Positions 1-8,755 of a stretch of 64,000 nt of DNA are shown here, in pieces; position 1 is the first letter of the stretch, and every line of letters begins with the position of its first letter. Origin of the DNA: an uncultured Methylococcaceae bacterium. GTDB taxonomy: Bacteria; Pseudomonadota; Gammaproteobacteria; Methylococcales; Methylococcaceae. A program made the translations under genes and the position numbers. The notes beneath the pieces are model-generated. The model ran no database searches, had not been told where the DNA came from, and saw only the letters and a list, made by a program, of their open reading frames with translations. The DNA lies in contig CAIYXP010000300.1 of assembly GCA_903930145.1 (NCBI GenBank), forward strand, positions 768 to 64,767, given 5' to 3'.

Positions 1-2
1 TA

Positions 3-1496
3 TTGGATGAAATCCCCCATTGGACGATGCAGGCTTATGCCGTGCGTTTGATCGGGATGATCCGCGCAGTGCAGCCTAATGGGCCGTATCGGCTTGCTGG
101 CTGGTGTTTCGCGGGAAGACTTGCCTACGAAATCGCCACACAACTTATTGGCGAAGACGAAAAGGTGGAATTTGTCGGCCTCATCGAATCGTATAACAAC
201 GACGAGTTCACCATTGTGGAGGAGCAGGATGACATCGCCCTATTGCTGGAAATCATCGGAAACATAGAAGACGACTATCCGGAGGAAATCATTGACGAGA
301 TTAAATCCGATGCGGCGACCATGGACTTCGAGCAATTGGTGCGCAAATGTCAAGATTTATCCTTGTTGCCGCCCCATCTGACGGCCACGGAGTTCCGCAA
401 ATTCCAAGCACACTGGCGTGGCCGTGAATTGGCGGATAACAGCTACTTCGTTTACGGGTTGCCAATACCCGTCCATCTGTTTGCCGCAGAGGAGGAGAGT
501 GTCCAAAACCCGTTTAGGGAGTGGGATCAGGCTATGGATACCTCACAAATACGGATGATTCCTGTCAAAGGCTCGCACATGACCATCATGAAACCGCCTC
601 ATATCAGTTTGCTCGGCAAGGCGCTGTCGCAGGCGATCAAAGAGGCTAGCGGCGATAAAGGCGTTGAGGGCAGATGGTCCCCGTTGATGCCGATACAGAC
701 AGGAAAACCGGGCAGGGTGCCGATATTCTGTGTGCCCGGAGCAGGCGGCAGTGTGTCCGCGTTAACCGGGCTGGCTAACGTTTTGGATTCTGAGATTCCG
801 GTCTATGGCTTGCAGCCGCGCGGGCTGGACGGCGATGCCGTGCCGCACTCAACTGTTCCGGCTGCGGCCCGCTGCTACCTTAAAGCCATCCAAGAGGCAT
901 ATCCCAAGGGGCCTTTGCACCTGCTAGGGCACTCCTTCGGCGGGTGGGTGGTGTTTGAGATGGCGCAACAGCTAATCGCCAGTGGACGCAATGTCGCATC
1001 CATAACTTTGGTCGACACCGAAGTCCCAGACGAGATAGGTTGCGCAATCCGTGAATACAGCGAAGCCGATGTATTTATGAAATTGGTCGAAATATACCAA
1101 CAGTCAGCGGCATGTCCGATACCTATTGACGCAGAAAACTTGACAGGGCTTAACGCCAATGCCCGTCTGATGCTTTTACACGAGTCTCTTGTCCGTGTCG
1201 GGTTGATGCCGAGGCAAACGGAACCTGAAGTTTTACGGGGCACACTGCGTACCTTTGCCACGGCTTTGCGCACACATTATCGCCCAAACGCGGTATATGA
1301 CGGGCCTTTACGTTTGGTGCTTGTGCGCGATCCTGCCCTAGAGGCCGGCATCGACCAACTCCGCAACGAAGGCGTTGCGGAAAATTGGAGGCACTGGGCC
1401 CCAAATCTGACCTACTGGCAAAGTCAAGGAAACCATATGACCGTCCTTAAATCACCCAATGTCGACGCATTGGCCGCCTGGTTACAATTGCAATAA
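3..1496 (+). CDS. C-terminal fragment of an NRPS/PKS megasynthase carrying two tandem thioesterase domains (5' end lies outside the window)
   Basis: The ORF is open to the window edge. TE1 has the nucleophile elbow G-W-C-F-A-G (Cys codon 105-107) and a G-S-H-M motif (His 576-578). TE2 has PIFCVPGAGGS, GHSFGG (Ser 933-935) and a C-terminal GNHMT. Confidence 0.85.
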   Translation: MDEIPHWTMQAYAVRLIGMIRAVQPNGPYRLAGWCFAGRLAYEIATQLIGEDEKVEFVGLIESYNNDEFTIVEEQDDIALLLEIIGNIEDDYPEEIIDEIKSDAATMDFEQLVRKCQDLSLLPPHLTATEFRKFQAHWRGRELADNSYFVYGLPIPVHLFAAEEESVQNPFREWDQAMDTSQIRMIPVKGSHMTIMKPPHISLLGKALSQAIKEASGDKGVEGRWSPLMPIQTGKPGRVPIFCVPGAGGSVSALTGLANVLDSEIPVYGLQPRGLDGDAVPHSTVPAAARCYLKAIQEAYPKGPLHLLGHSFGGWVVFEMAQQLIASGRNVASITLVDTEVPDEIGCAIREYSEADVFMKLVEIYQQSAACPIPIDAENLTGLNANARLMLLHESLVRVGLMPRQTEPEVLRGTLRTFATALRTHYRPNAVYDGPLRLVLVRDPALEAGIDQLRNEGVAENWRHWAPNLTYWQSQGNHMTVLKSPNVDALAAWLQLQ

Positions 1497-1503
1497 TATC
1501 AAT

Positions 1504-2835
1504 ATGGATAGCGGCAATATAAATAACCCAGTTGGCTTAGGCCGCCCATTCTACTTCCTGTGGTGTGGCGAGACGGTGTCGCTCATAGGTACGGCGCTGA
1601 TGGAGTTTGCCCTAGGCGTATGGGTCTACCAACAATCTGGCTCGGTTTTGGATTTTTCAGGCGTGGTTGTCGCCGCTGTGGTGCCAGCATTATTCGTGAT
1701 GCCCTTTGCGGGTGGCATCGTCGACCGCTTCGATCGCCGGTATGTGATGGTGGCGGCGGATATCACTACAGCCATATTGACGCTCGGATTGGCATGGCTA
1801 TTGTGGCGAAACAGTCTTGAGATCAAGCATCTTTATGGCTTCAACGTGTTGGCATCACTAATCGGGGCGTTTCGAATGCCCGCCTATAACGCCTCGGTGA
1901 GCGCACTTCTGCCCAAGGAAAAATTAACCCGCGCCAATGGCTTGATGGGGATTAGCTCTAATCTGTTAAGCATGTTTGCCCCGTTAATGGCAGGCGGGCT
2001 GATGGCGGCGGTAGGATTGCCGGGGATTGTCTCCATCGATTTGTTCGCCTTTTGCCTTGGATCTCTATTGATCTTGAGGGCTTTTTTTTATTTGGACCAA
2101 GAAGGGCGGGGAGCCAAGCATGAGGAAAGTTCATCCGATAACAGTAGTTTATTGATTACATCGAAATATTTTAGGCAGGAACCTGCCATGTTGGGCTTGC
2201 TGTTTTATGTGCTTCTTCAGGATGGCTTACTCACGCTGGTATCGACAATGATCATGCCAATGATTTTGTCGCGTTATTCAGAGGAAGAGTTGGGCATTGT
2301 CTTAACCATAGGAAGCATAGGTGGGCTTCTTGGCTCAGTGTTTCTGGCCACTAGAAGCAATTTTACTCGGTTGATGGTCGGCATCCTTGCTGCTGATGTG
2401 GTGTTGGCTATTTCCATTATGATAGCCGGTGTTAGCACTTCTTTTATAGTCTACTGCACATGCGCCTTTTTCGCCCTGTTCGCATCAGGGTTCTCAGAGG
2501 GATGCAGTCATTCTTTATGGATGAGAAAGATACCGAACCAATACCAAGGCAGAATATTTTCCATGATGGGCGTCCTCATACTTTCAACGACTGCCTCTGT
2601 CACCCTTGTTGGAGGGATTGTTGCGGAAAAATTCTTCGAGCCTGCACTTATGGAAGGGGGGGCTTTGAGCATGACAATGGGTTCTTGGATTGGAACTGGC
2701 AAAGGTCGCGGATTGGGATTGTTGTTCATCATCTGCGGATTTTTGGGTTTCGTTGTGACCTTTAGTGCCTTTGCAACAAAACTACGGCGGCTCGATTTGA
2801 TAGTGCCTGACGTGGCCTTGCCAAGTGAAGATTGA
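1504..2835 (+). CDS. MFS efflux transporter (EntS-like / transmembrane secretion effector family)
   Basis: Polytopic hydrophobic protein of about 12 TM. The N-terminal motif LWCGETVSLIGTALMEFALGVWVY...AGGIVDRFDRR is typical of EntS-type MFS exporters. The ATG at 1504 avoids overlap with the upstream stop; the ORF track starts at 1459. Confidence 0.85.
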   Translation: MDSGNINNPVGLGRPFYFLWCGETVSLIGTALMEFALGVWVYQQSGSVLDFSGVVVAAVVPALFVMPFAGGIVDRFDRRYVMVAADITTAILTLGLAWLLWRNSLEIKHLYGFNVLASLIGAFRMPAYNASVSALLPKEKLTRANGLMGISSNLLSMFAPLMAGGLMAAVGLPGIVSIDLFAFCLGSLLILRAFFYLDQEGRGAKHEESSSDNSSLLITSKYFRQEPAMLGLLFYVLLQDGLLTLVSTMIMPMILSRYSEEELGIVLTIGSIGGLLGSVFLATRSNFTRLMVGILAADVVLAISIMIAGVSTSFIVYCTCAFFALFASGFSEGCSHSLWMRKIPNQYQGRIFSMMGVLILSTTASVTLVGGIVAEKFFEPALMEGGALSMTMGSWIGTGKGRGLGLLFIICGFLGFVVTFSAFATKLRRLDLIVPDVALPSED

Positions 2836-3144
2836 TTGAGTATTTGCAACTGCAGTCAACCTTATAAGATTGATCATCCCGCAGACTGTGCGCGGCGATC
2901 ACATAGATTTACGGTTTTTTGAAAAAGCAGATAATGTTGAACACGCCAGACACTTACCATCGACAGGTATAGCCTAGTAAAAACCGAAAGCAAATTGGGT
3001 AGATTTTTGATGAATAGACTTGCTAAGATCGCACAACGATACCCGATATTCTCGAGCGTGCGCAAAAATACTGACCAGAACTTGTTTCTATATACTCCGA
3101 TAGGTGCGCAATAATGGTCATATGCCATTTGACATATATGCAAT

Positions 3145-3843
3145 ATGCGTTTAATTCATGACAATAAAATGATTACTGTCCGAAATCTGACAAAATCCTA
3201 TCATGTCGGGCCAATAACTGTGCCGGTTCTGAAGGGCATAGACTTCTCCGTCGAGTATGGGGAGTTTGTGGCGATAATGGGTCCATCCGGATCGGGAAAG
3301 TCGACTTTGCTCAATGTATTGGGTATTCTGGATCGTTACGATGAAGGGGAATATATTTTGAATGGAACATTGATCAAGCCTCTTTCGGAAACCGAGGCGG
3401 CCTACTTTCGCAGCCGTTTAATCGGGTTTGTGTTTCAATCATTCAATTTGCTGCCTTTCAAAAGCGCCATCGACAATGTATCCATGCCTCTATATTATCA
3501 AAAGGTCCCACGTAGGCAACGCGATGAAAAGGCACGGCGTTTGTTGGAGCGCATGGGGTTAGCTGACCGCATCCATCACTTGCCGACGGAAATGTCCGGT
3601 GGTCAACGGCAACGCGTGGCCATCGCCCGGGCGCTGGTCAACGAACCCCCCCTGATCTTGGCCGACGAACCCACCGGCAACCTAGACTCGGAAACATCGG
3701 AGGATGTGATGAAGATATTTTCCGAAATCAACGCAGAAGGCAGGACCCTCGTGGTCATCACGCATGACGAGCACATCGCCGCCAGGGCCCGTCGTGTCAT
3801 CCGCCTACAGGATGGACGAATCACTAACCGAAACTTGGGGTAA
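3145..3843 (+). CDS. ABC transporter ATP-binding protein, MacB/LolD-type
   Basis: Walker A GPSGSGKST, signature MSGGQRQRVAIARAL, Walker B LILADEPTGNLD, H-loop ITHD. The ATG at 3166 (MITVRNLTKSY) is an equally plausible start. Confidence 0.95.
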   Translation: MRLIHDNKMITVRNLTKSYHVGPITVPVLKGIDFSVEYGEFVAIMGPSGSGKSTLLNVLGILDRYDEGEYILNGTLIKPLSETEAAYFRSRLIGFVFQSFNLLPFKSAIDNVSMPLYYQKVPRRQRDEKARRLLERMGLADRIHHLPTEMSGGQRQRVAIARALVNEPPLILADEPTGNLDSETSEDVMKIFSEINAEGRTLVVITHDEHIAARARRVIRLQDGRITNRNLG

Positions 3844-3855
3844 GAATAAACGCAT

Positions 3856-5082
3856 ATGTTCGACTTTGACCGCTGGGCCGAAATAGGCCAGTCCCTAAAG
3901 CAACATAAGTTGCGCACAGCCTTGACGGCATTTGGGGTAAGCTGGGGAATCTTCATGCTAATTTTGTTACTCGGCATGGGCAAGGGGCTGGAACGAGGCA
4001 CTATGGCGCTATACCAAGATACGGCGACTAACAGTGTTTGGATCAACGGAGGCAAAACTTCCCAAGATTATAAAGGCTTGACCCCAGGCAGGTTGGTTAA
4101 CTTGGACATCGAGGACATTGCCATGCTTGCGAGGTTGCCGGGCATTGACTTGATAGGACCAACCAAGTTAGTTAATAAAGCCTATAACATGCAATATGGG
4201 CAAAACATCGGATCGTTTCAAATCTACGGAATCGGCGCCGCCAATGCGGGCATACAAAAATTATCCCTGCAAGGCGGGCGACAGATTAACGAGTTGGACG
4301 AGCGTGAGTCTCGCAAAGTGGCTGTGGTTGGCACAAGGGTCGTAGAAGTCCTCATGAAAAATCGAATAGACCCGTTGGGGAGTTCCATCCTTGTCGGGGG
4401 CATTCCATTCACTGTTATTGGGGTTTACAAGAAAGCTCTGGAGGAACAGTCGCCGAATCGAGTGTACATCCCATATGCCACATTGCGTAATGTATTTGAT
4501 TCCAGCCCTTACATTAATCAGATCGCCTTGACCATAGCGCCCGGCCACACTTGGGCATCCATAAGGCCCGAGGCTGTCAAGTTACTGGCACAGCGGCATC
4601 GGTTTGACGCCCAAGACTCGGCGGCTTTGGAAATATACGACATTAGCGCCGAAGTGAAAAAACTGCAATCTCTAATGACCGGCATACGGCTATTCATGGT
4701 CATTGTCGGCGTTGGCACTTTATTGGCCGGTTGTGTCGGTGTCAGCAACACCATGCTGGTTACCGTCAAGGAGCGCACCCGCGAATTTGGCATACGCAAA
4801 GCCATAGGTGCCTCGCCGTCCAGCATTCTATTCATGGTCCTGCATGAGACGTTGGCCATAACTTTGGTTGCCGGGTATCTGGGATTGCTAGCCGGTGTCG
4901 GGGTAATCGAATTGGTTCGCGGCGTTGGCATCGAATCGGATTACTTTCGCGACCCTCAAATCGATTTGCCGATCGCGCTCGGGGCAATCGCTGTCCTGTC
5001 TGTAGCCGGCCTCATTGCCGGATATTTGCCCGCCCGTCAGGCGGTCCGCATCTCTCCCATCGAGGCTCTCAGGCATGAGTAA
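3856..5082 (+). CDS. MacB-type ABC permease (periplasmic core domain plus FtsX 4-TM domain), encoded separately from its ATPase
   Basis: N-terminal TM, a large periplasmic domain, and a C-terminal FtsX-like region (ERTREFGIRKAIGASP...). Its stop overlaps the next start (ATGAGTAA at 5075-5082). Confidence 0.9.
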   Translation: MFDFDRWAEIGQSLKQHKLRTALTAFGVSWGIFMLILLLGMGKGLERGTMALYQDTATNSVWINGGKTSQDYKGLTPGRLVNLDIEDIAMLARLPGIDLIGPTKLVNKAYNMQYGQNIGSFQIYGIGAANAGIQKLSLQGGRQINELDERESRKVAVVGTRVVEVLMKNRIDPLGSSILVGGIPFTVIGVYKKALEEQSPNRVYIPYATLRNVFDSSPYINQIALTIAPGHTWASIRPEAVKLLAQRHRFDAQDSAALEIYDISAEVKKLQSLMTGIRLFMVIVGVGTLLAGCVGVSNTMLVTVKERTREFGIRKAIGASPSSILFMVLHETLAITLVAGYLGLLAGVGVIELVRGVGIESDYFRDPQIDLPIALGAIAVLSVAGLIAGYLPARQAVRISPIEALRHE

Positions 5083-6184
5083 TTTTCGGCGTATTGCCAC
5101 CCGTGTCGGCTGGTTTGCATTGATCCTGGCGCTCTTGACGGGAAGTGGCCTATGGCTGTTTCTTTCCACTGGGGAGGTTCAAAGCCCCAACCTGCAGACG
5201 ACAAAACCAACCCGCCTGACCCTAGAGAAAAAAACCACCGCCACGGGTCAGATATTGCCCAGCAAGAAAGTCAAGATCAAGTCCCAGGCCAACGGCGTAC
5301 TGGAGGAAGTGCTGGCAAAGCCGGGCCAATGGGTCAAGCAAGGAGACTTGCTTGCCCGCATCCGCCTGCGGGCCGACCCGGTGGAAGTCAATGTCGCGCA
5401 GTCGCAAATCAACAAGGCCCGACTGGAGCACCAGCGCGCCGCCGTCGAACTGGACAGGCGCAGCCGACTTCACGACCAGCACCTGATTTCTGACGCGGCA
5501 TTCCAAGACGACAGATTAAAATACGATGTCACCCTAGCGGCATTGGAGCAGGCCGAACGGGATTTAGAGCTACGCCTCAAGGGGGCCTCACAACAGATGA
5601 AAACAGCCTCGACCTTTATTACCGCCACCGTGGACGGCATGGTGTTGGAACGGCCGGTGGAGATCGGCGACTTTATCATCAAAGCCAACGATTTGTCAGA
5701 AGGTACCACCGTCTTCACCATTGCCGACATGCATAGCATTATATTCAAGGGTGAAGCGGAGGAGGCGGATGTGGGGCATCTGCGTGCAGGCATGCCCATT
5801 GTTGTGAACGTCGGGGCCTTGCCGGGGGAAAACTTTGAAGCCACATTGGAGTTCATTGCCCCGGAGGCAAGGAAGACCGACCAAGGCAGGACTACCTTTG
5901 AAGTTCGCGCCCCCATTCACCCCAAGCCAAATGTATTTCTTAGGGCCGGGTATAGCGCAACTGCCAAGATAGTATTTGCTCGGCATGAACAAGTGCTGAC
6001 AATTCCCGAAAGTTATCTGTCGTTCCGCAACCATGAACCTTACGTTCGTGTTGAATTGCCGACTGGCGAGATCATCGAACGGAAGCTGGTCACAGGATTC
6101 TCTGACGGACTAAACATCGAAATAGTTTCCGGCCTCAACGAGCAAGACATCATCGTTTCTCCAAACCCTGTGGCTACACCGTGA
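5075..6184 (+). CDS. Periplasmic adaptor (membrane fusion protein) of the MacA/HlyD family
   Basis: N-terminal TM anchor, a coiled-coil hairpin region (NKARLEHQRAAVELDR...LEQAERDLELRLKG), and lipoyl and beta-barrel segments. The ATG at 5075 is translationally coupled to the permease gene. Confidence 0.9.
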   Translation: MSNFRRIATRVGWFALILALLTGSGLWLFLSTGEVQSPNLQTTKPTRLTLEKKTTATGQILPSKKVKIKSQANGVLEEVLAKPGQWVKQGDLLARIRLRADPVEVNVAQSQINKARLEHQRAAVELDRRSRLHDQHLISDAAFQDDRLKYDVTLAALEQAERDLELRLKGASQQMKTASTFITATVDGMVLERPVEIGDFIIKANDLSEGTTVFTIADMHSIIFKGEAEEADVGHLRAGMPIVVNVGALPGENFEATLEFIAPEARKTDQGRTTFEVRAPIHPKPNVFLRAGYSATAKIVFARHEQVLTIPESYLSFRNHEPYVRVELPTGEIIERKLVTGFSDGLNIEIVSGLNEQDIIVSPNPVATP

Positions 6185-6191
6185 GGCAGGT

Positions 6192-7589
6192 ATGCAATCT
6201 TTAAATCCTCAGCCAGTGTTTCCAAATTTACGTTTGGCAAGCTTGGCATTATTTGTGTTTTTCCTAACGTCTAGCTCTCCACTGGCCGCCACGCAGTATC
6301 CTAAGAATCTGCTAGATGTCTACCACAAAGCAGAAGATGAGGATCCGCAATTGATCAAGGGAAGGGCAAGCCGCTACGCAAACGAGGAAATCCGCAACCA
6401 AACCAAAGCCAAGGCATTGTTGCCTTCAGTGAGTCTGAGCGCCAATGTCACCGGCAATTTTCAGAACATAATATTGTTGCAGCAAGACACTGTCGGAAAC
6501 GGCGGTCACGACCAATTCGTCAGCGGCGGCTATAACGTCACGCTTACCCAGCCTGTGTTTCACTATGACAGGCTGATTGCCATGGATCAAGCCGGGCAGC
6601 GCGTGGAACAGTCCGAGGTGGAACTCGATACGATCCGCCAAGATTTGATCCTGCGGGTCGCGGAACGGTATTTCAACCTTCTGGCTGCCATGGATAACCT
6701 GAGGGTTGCACAAGCGCAGAAAGCCAGCCTAACCCGGCAAAAGGAGCAGACCCACCAACGCTTTGATGTCGGCGAGATTGCCGTTACCGACGTGGCCGAG
6801 GCCGAAGCTGGCAACGACCGGGCGGGGGCTGATGAAATTGAAGCCCAGCAGCAACTGGACGATGCCAAGGCGGCACTGCGCGAAATAACAGGAGAGGATT
6901 ACAGCACCCTGTCCGCGCTTGTCGCCGACATCCCTTTGGCCCAACCGGAGCCGATGGACGAAAATCGCTGGACAGAACAGGCAATGGCACAAAATCCGCG
7001 CATTGTCGCCGCAGCCATTGCCGCGGAGGTGGCCAGCAAGGAGATCAGCCGTCGGTCATCCGAGCATCTGCCGAGTTTGGACCTAGTGGCCGGAAATGGA
7101 TTTTTTTCGACGGGCGGGCAGTTTGGTGCCTACCAGATCTATTCGAACAATGTCGGGATCACCATGAATTTGCCCCTCTACGAAGGAGGGCAGATCAGTT
7201 CCAGAAGCCGCGAGGCCGCCTACCGCCTTGACGAGGTTATGGCCACGCTTAAGCAGGAACAGCGCGCAGTACACCGGCAAACTCTGGATGCGTTTCGTGG
7301 CATAATCACGGGCGTAAGCCGTGTACAAGCGCTCCGTAAGACGATGAGTTCACAAGAGTTGTCGGTGGGGGCGATCAGGGCCAGCATCGAAGTGGGTAGT
7401 CGCACCACACTCGACCTTATCAATGCCGAGCGCGACTGGTATCGAGTCCAGCGCGACTACGCCAAGTCCCGGTACGACTATTTGCTGAACACGCTTCGCC
7501 TCAAACGTTCAGCAGGGATACTTGCGGAGGATGACCTGGTCAAGATTAACTCATTTTTGACGGGCCATGCCCCTGCGGCCCGGCCCTGA
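6192..7589 (+). CDS. TolC-family outer membrane efflux channel
   Basis: Signal peptide, duplicated alpha-helical/beta-barrel repeat architecture, and typical TolC motifs (LLDVY..A...DP, DLINAERDWYRVQRDYAKSRYDYLLNTLRLK). Confidence 0.9.
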   Translation: MQSLNPQPVFPNLRLASLALFVFFLTSSSPLAATQYPKNLLDVYHKAEDEDPQLIKGRASRYANEEIRNQTKAKALLPSVSLSANVTGNFQNIILLQQDTVGNGGHDQFVSGGYNVTLTQPVFHYDRLIAMDQAGQRVEQSEVELDTIRQDLILRVAERYFNLLAAMDNLRVAQAQKASLTRQKEQTHQRFDVGEIAVTDVAEAEAGNDRAGADEIEAQQQLDDAKAALREITGEDYSTLSALVADIPLAQPEPMDENRWTEQAMAQNPRIVAAAIAAEVASKEISRRSSEHLPSLDLVAGNGFFSTGGQFGAYQIYSNNVGITMNLPLYEGGQISSRSREAAYRLDEVMATLKQEQRAVHRQTLDAFRGIITGVSRVQALRKTMSSQELSVGAIRASIEVGSRTTLDLINAERDWYRVQRDYAKSRYDYLLNTLRLKRSAGILAEDDLVKINSFLTGHAPAARP

Positions 7590-7771
7590 ATCCTGTTTCG
7601 TGCCAACTTTGGCTGTTCGAAAAAGCCAAAAACTTGAACGCCGAACTATATACTGCCCTTTCGGGTCGCTGAATATCCTGAAGAGCAATACAGTATTGCC
7701 GTATCAAGACATGTGAATATTCACCATTACATTAACAAAATTTATTATGTAGAATTCAACCATCAAAGATT

Positions 7772-7779
7772 AAAGATTA
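7772..7779. repeat. Target-site duplication copy 1 (AAAGATTA)
   Basis: An identical 8-mer lies immediately outside the other IR at 8494-8501. An 8-bp TSD is the IS66-family norm. Confidence 0.85.
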
Positions 7780-7797
7780 GTAATCGTTCAATCACCC
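7780..7797. repeat. Left terminal inverted repeat GTAATCGTTCAATCACCC
   Basis: Its reverse complement GGGTGATTGAACGATTAC matches 8476-8493 (GGGTAACTGAACGATTAC) at 16 of 18 positions. Confidence 0.85.
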
Positions 7798-7867
7798 CCG
7801 TAAAGACAGGATGTTAGAGAGTGATTTTAAAGGTACAATGGGGAAAGCAAAAACCCGAACGTAATCA

Positions 7868-8332
7868 ATGCACCTAAGCGACCACGATCTGCGGCAAATG
7901 GACGAAGGCTGGCTGGAGAATCTGCCGGAGGACAAGCTGCGCCAAGTGTCGGCGCGAATCCTACAGGATTTGAAGGAAGCGAGGGATCGCCTGAACCAGA
8001 CGCCGGACAACAGTTCGCGCCCGCCCAGCAGCAGGGCGCCCTGGGAAAAAGGTCAAGCGGAGGGGGATGAGCCTGACATCGACGGAGGCGGTGCGGAGGT
8101 GTCTGGCGAAACCGGGCAGTCCGCCGCCGGGGGCGAACCCGCGCAGGGCAAGCCGCCCGCCGGGCCGAAGAAGAAGCAGGGCAAGCAACCCGGGGCCAAA
8201 GGCTTTGGCCGGACGCAGAAGTTTGCCGTCACCGAGCGAAGGCTTGCAGCGGCAGCGTACTGCCCGGTGATGCGCACGCCACACGCTGCTGGATGTCACC
8301 GGCGGTTGCTGCGGGCACGTCATGCGGTCTGA
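7868..8332 (+). pseudogene. Truncated IS66-family transposase (TnpC-like N-terminal fragment)
   Basis: The N-terminus has a leucine-zipper-like segment followed by NSSRPPSS and a basic KKKQGKQPGAKGFGRT stretch, typical of IS66 TnpC N-termini. No DDE catalytic domain follows, and the tail of the ORF looks out of frame or scrambled. Confidence 0.7.
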
Positions 8333-8475
8333 GCCTTGGCGAGCCGGGGCGGATGCGCTGTGGGACCGGGTCGGAATGGCGGCTCGTCGGCCCGAACCTC
8401 GCGGCGGTTATCCGGGCCGCACGTGTAGGCGCTTCGCTTCCCGCTCTGCCGTTGGCCCCAGCGGTTAGCAATATA

Positions 8476-8493
8476 GGGTAACTGAACGATTAC
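8476..8493. repeat. Right terminal inverted repeat (GGGTAACTGAACGATTAC)
   Basis: Pairs with 7780-7797. Read outward-in, both ends begin GTAA, as is usual for IS66-family ends. Confidence 0.85.
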
Positions 8494-8501
8494 AAAGATT
8501 A
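8494..8501. repeat. Target-site duplication copy 2 (AAAGATTA)
   Basis: Identical to 7772-7779 and directly abuts the right IR. Confidence 0.85.
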
Positions 8502-8755
8502 ACATTAGATGCTTTAGGGTAACTAGGTTAACATACACTAAGAGGAGCAGGAAGCGTAGTGATGTACGATGACCGCCGGTAGCCGGATATCCGGATGCCT
8601 TGCCTAAGTCTGCGGTTCCATCGTCTACAGAAACAAAACATTAGGCAACCGAACCGGCGAAGAGTCATCTGTAGTAGCACTTGGCGCGGCGCTTCGTGTA
8701 GAGAAGTGCAATGCATTTATTGATGCGTAAAAATAAACAAACTTAAGAGGTATAG

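Larger units (their letters stand above)
7780..8493 (+). mobile_element. Internally deleted, non-autonomous IS66-family element (714 bp)
   Basis: Bounded by 18-bp inverted repeats beginning GTAA (16/18 match) and flanked by a perfect 8-bp direct repeat AAAGATTA. It carries only the N-terminal part of an IS66 TnpC-like ORF. It is much more GC-rich than the AT-rich intergenic flanks. Confidence 0.8.

Noticed and set aside
2874-3143. An 89-aa minus-strand ORF filling the spacer between the MFS and ABC genes.
   Set aside because: It has no SD, no motif, an odd composition and AT-rich intergenic context. The region more probably holds the promoter of the ABC operon.
3129-3157. A possible sigma70 promoter: TTGACA at 3129-3134 with TAATTC about 17 nt downstream.
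   Set aside because: The -10 match is poor. The element would overlap the annotated ATG at 3145 and would force a near-leaderless start at 3166. The evidence is not strong enough to call.
7712-7725. A CRP-like site, TGTGA-atat-TCAC.
   Set aside because: The CRP consensus needs a 6-nt spacer and this one has 4 nt. I kept it only as an unassigned palindrome.
7961-8538. Multiple overlapping ORFs in all frames within the GC-rich IS66 remnant (7961-8323-, 8053-8277-, 8067-8270+, 8229-8471-, 8293-8481+, 8320-8538-).
   Set aside because: These are typical open frames of GC-rich DNA. Only the 7868 frame shows transposase-like sequence, and even that is truncated.
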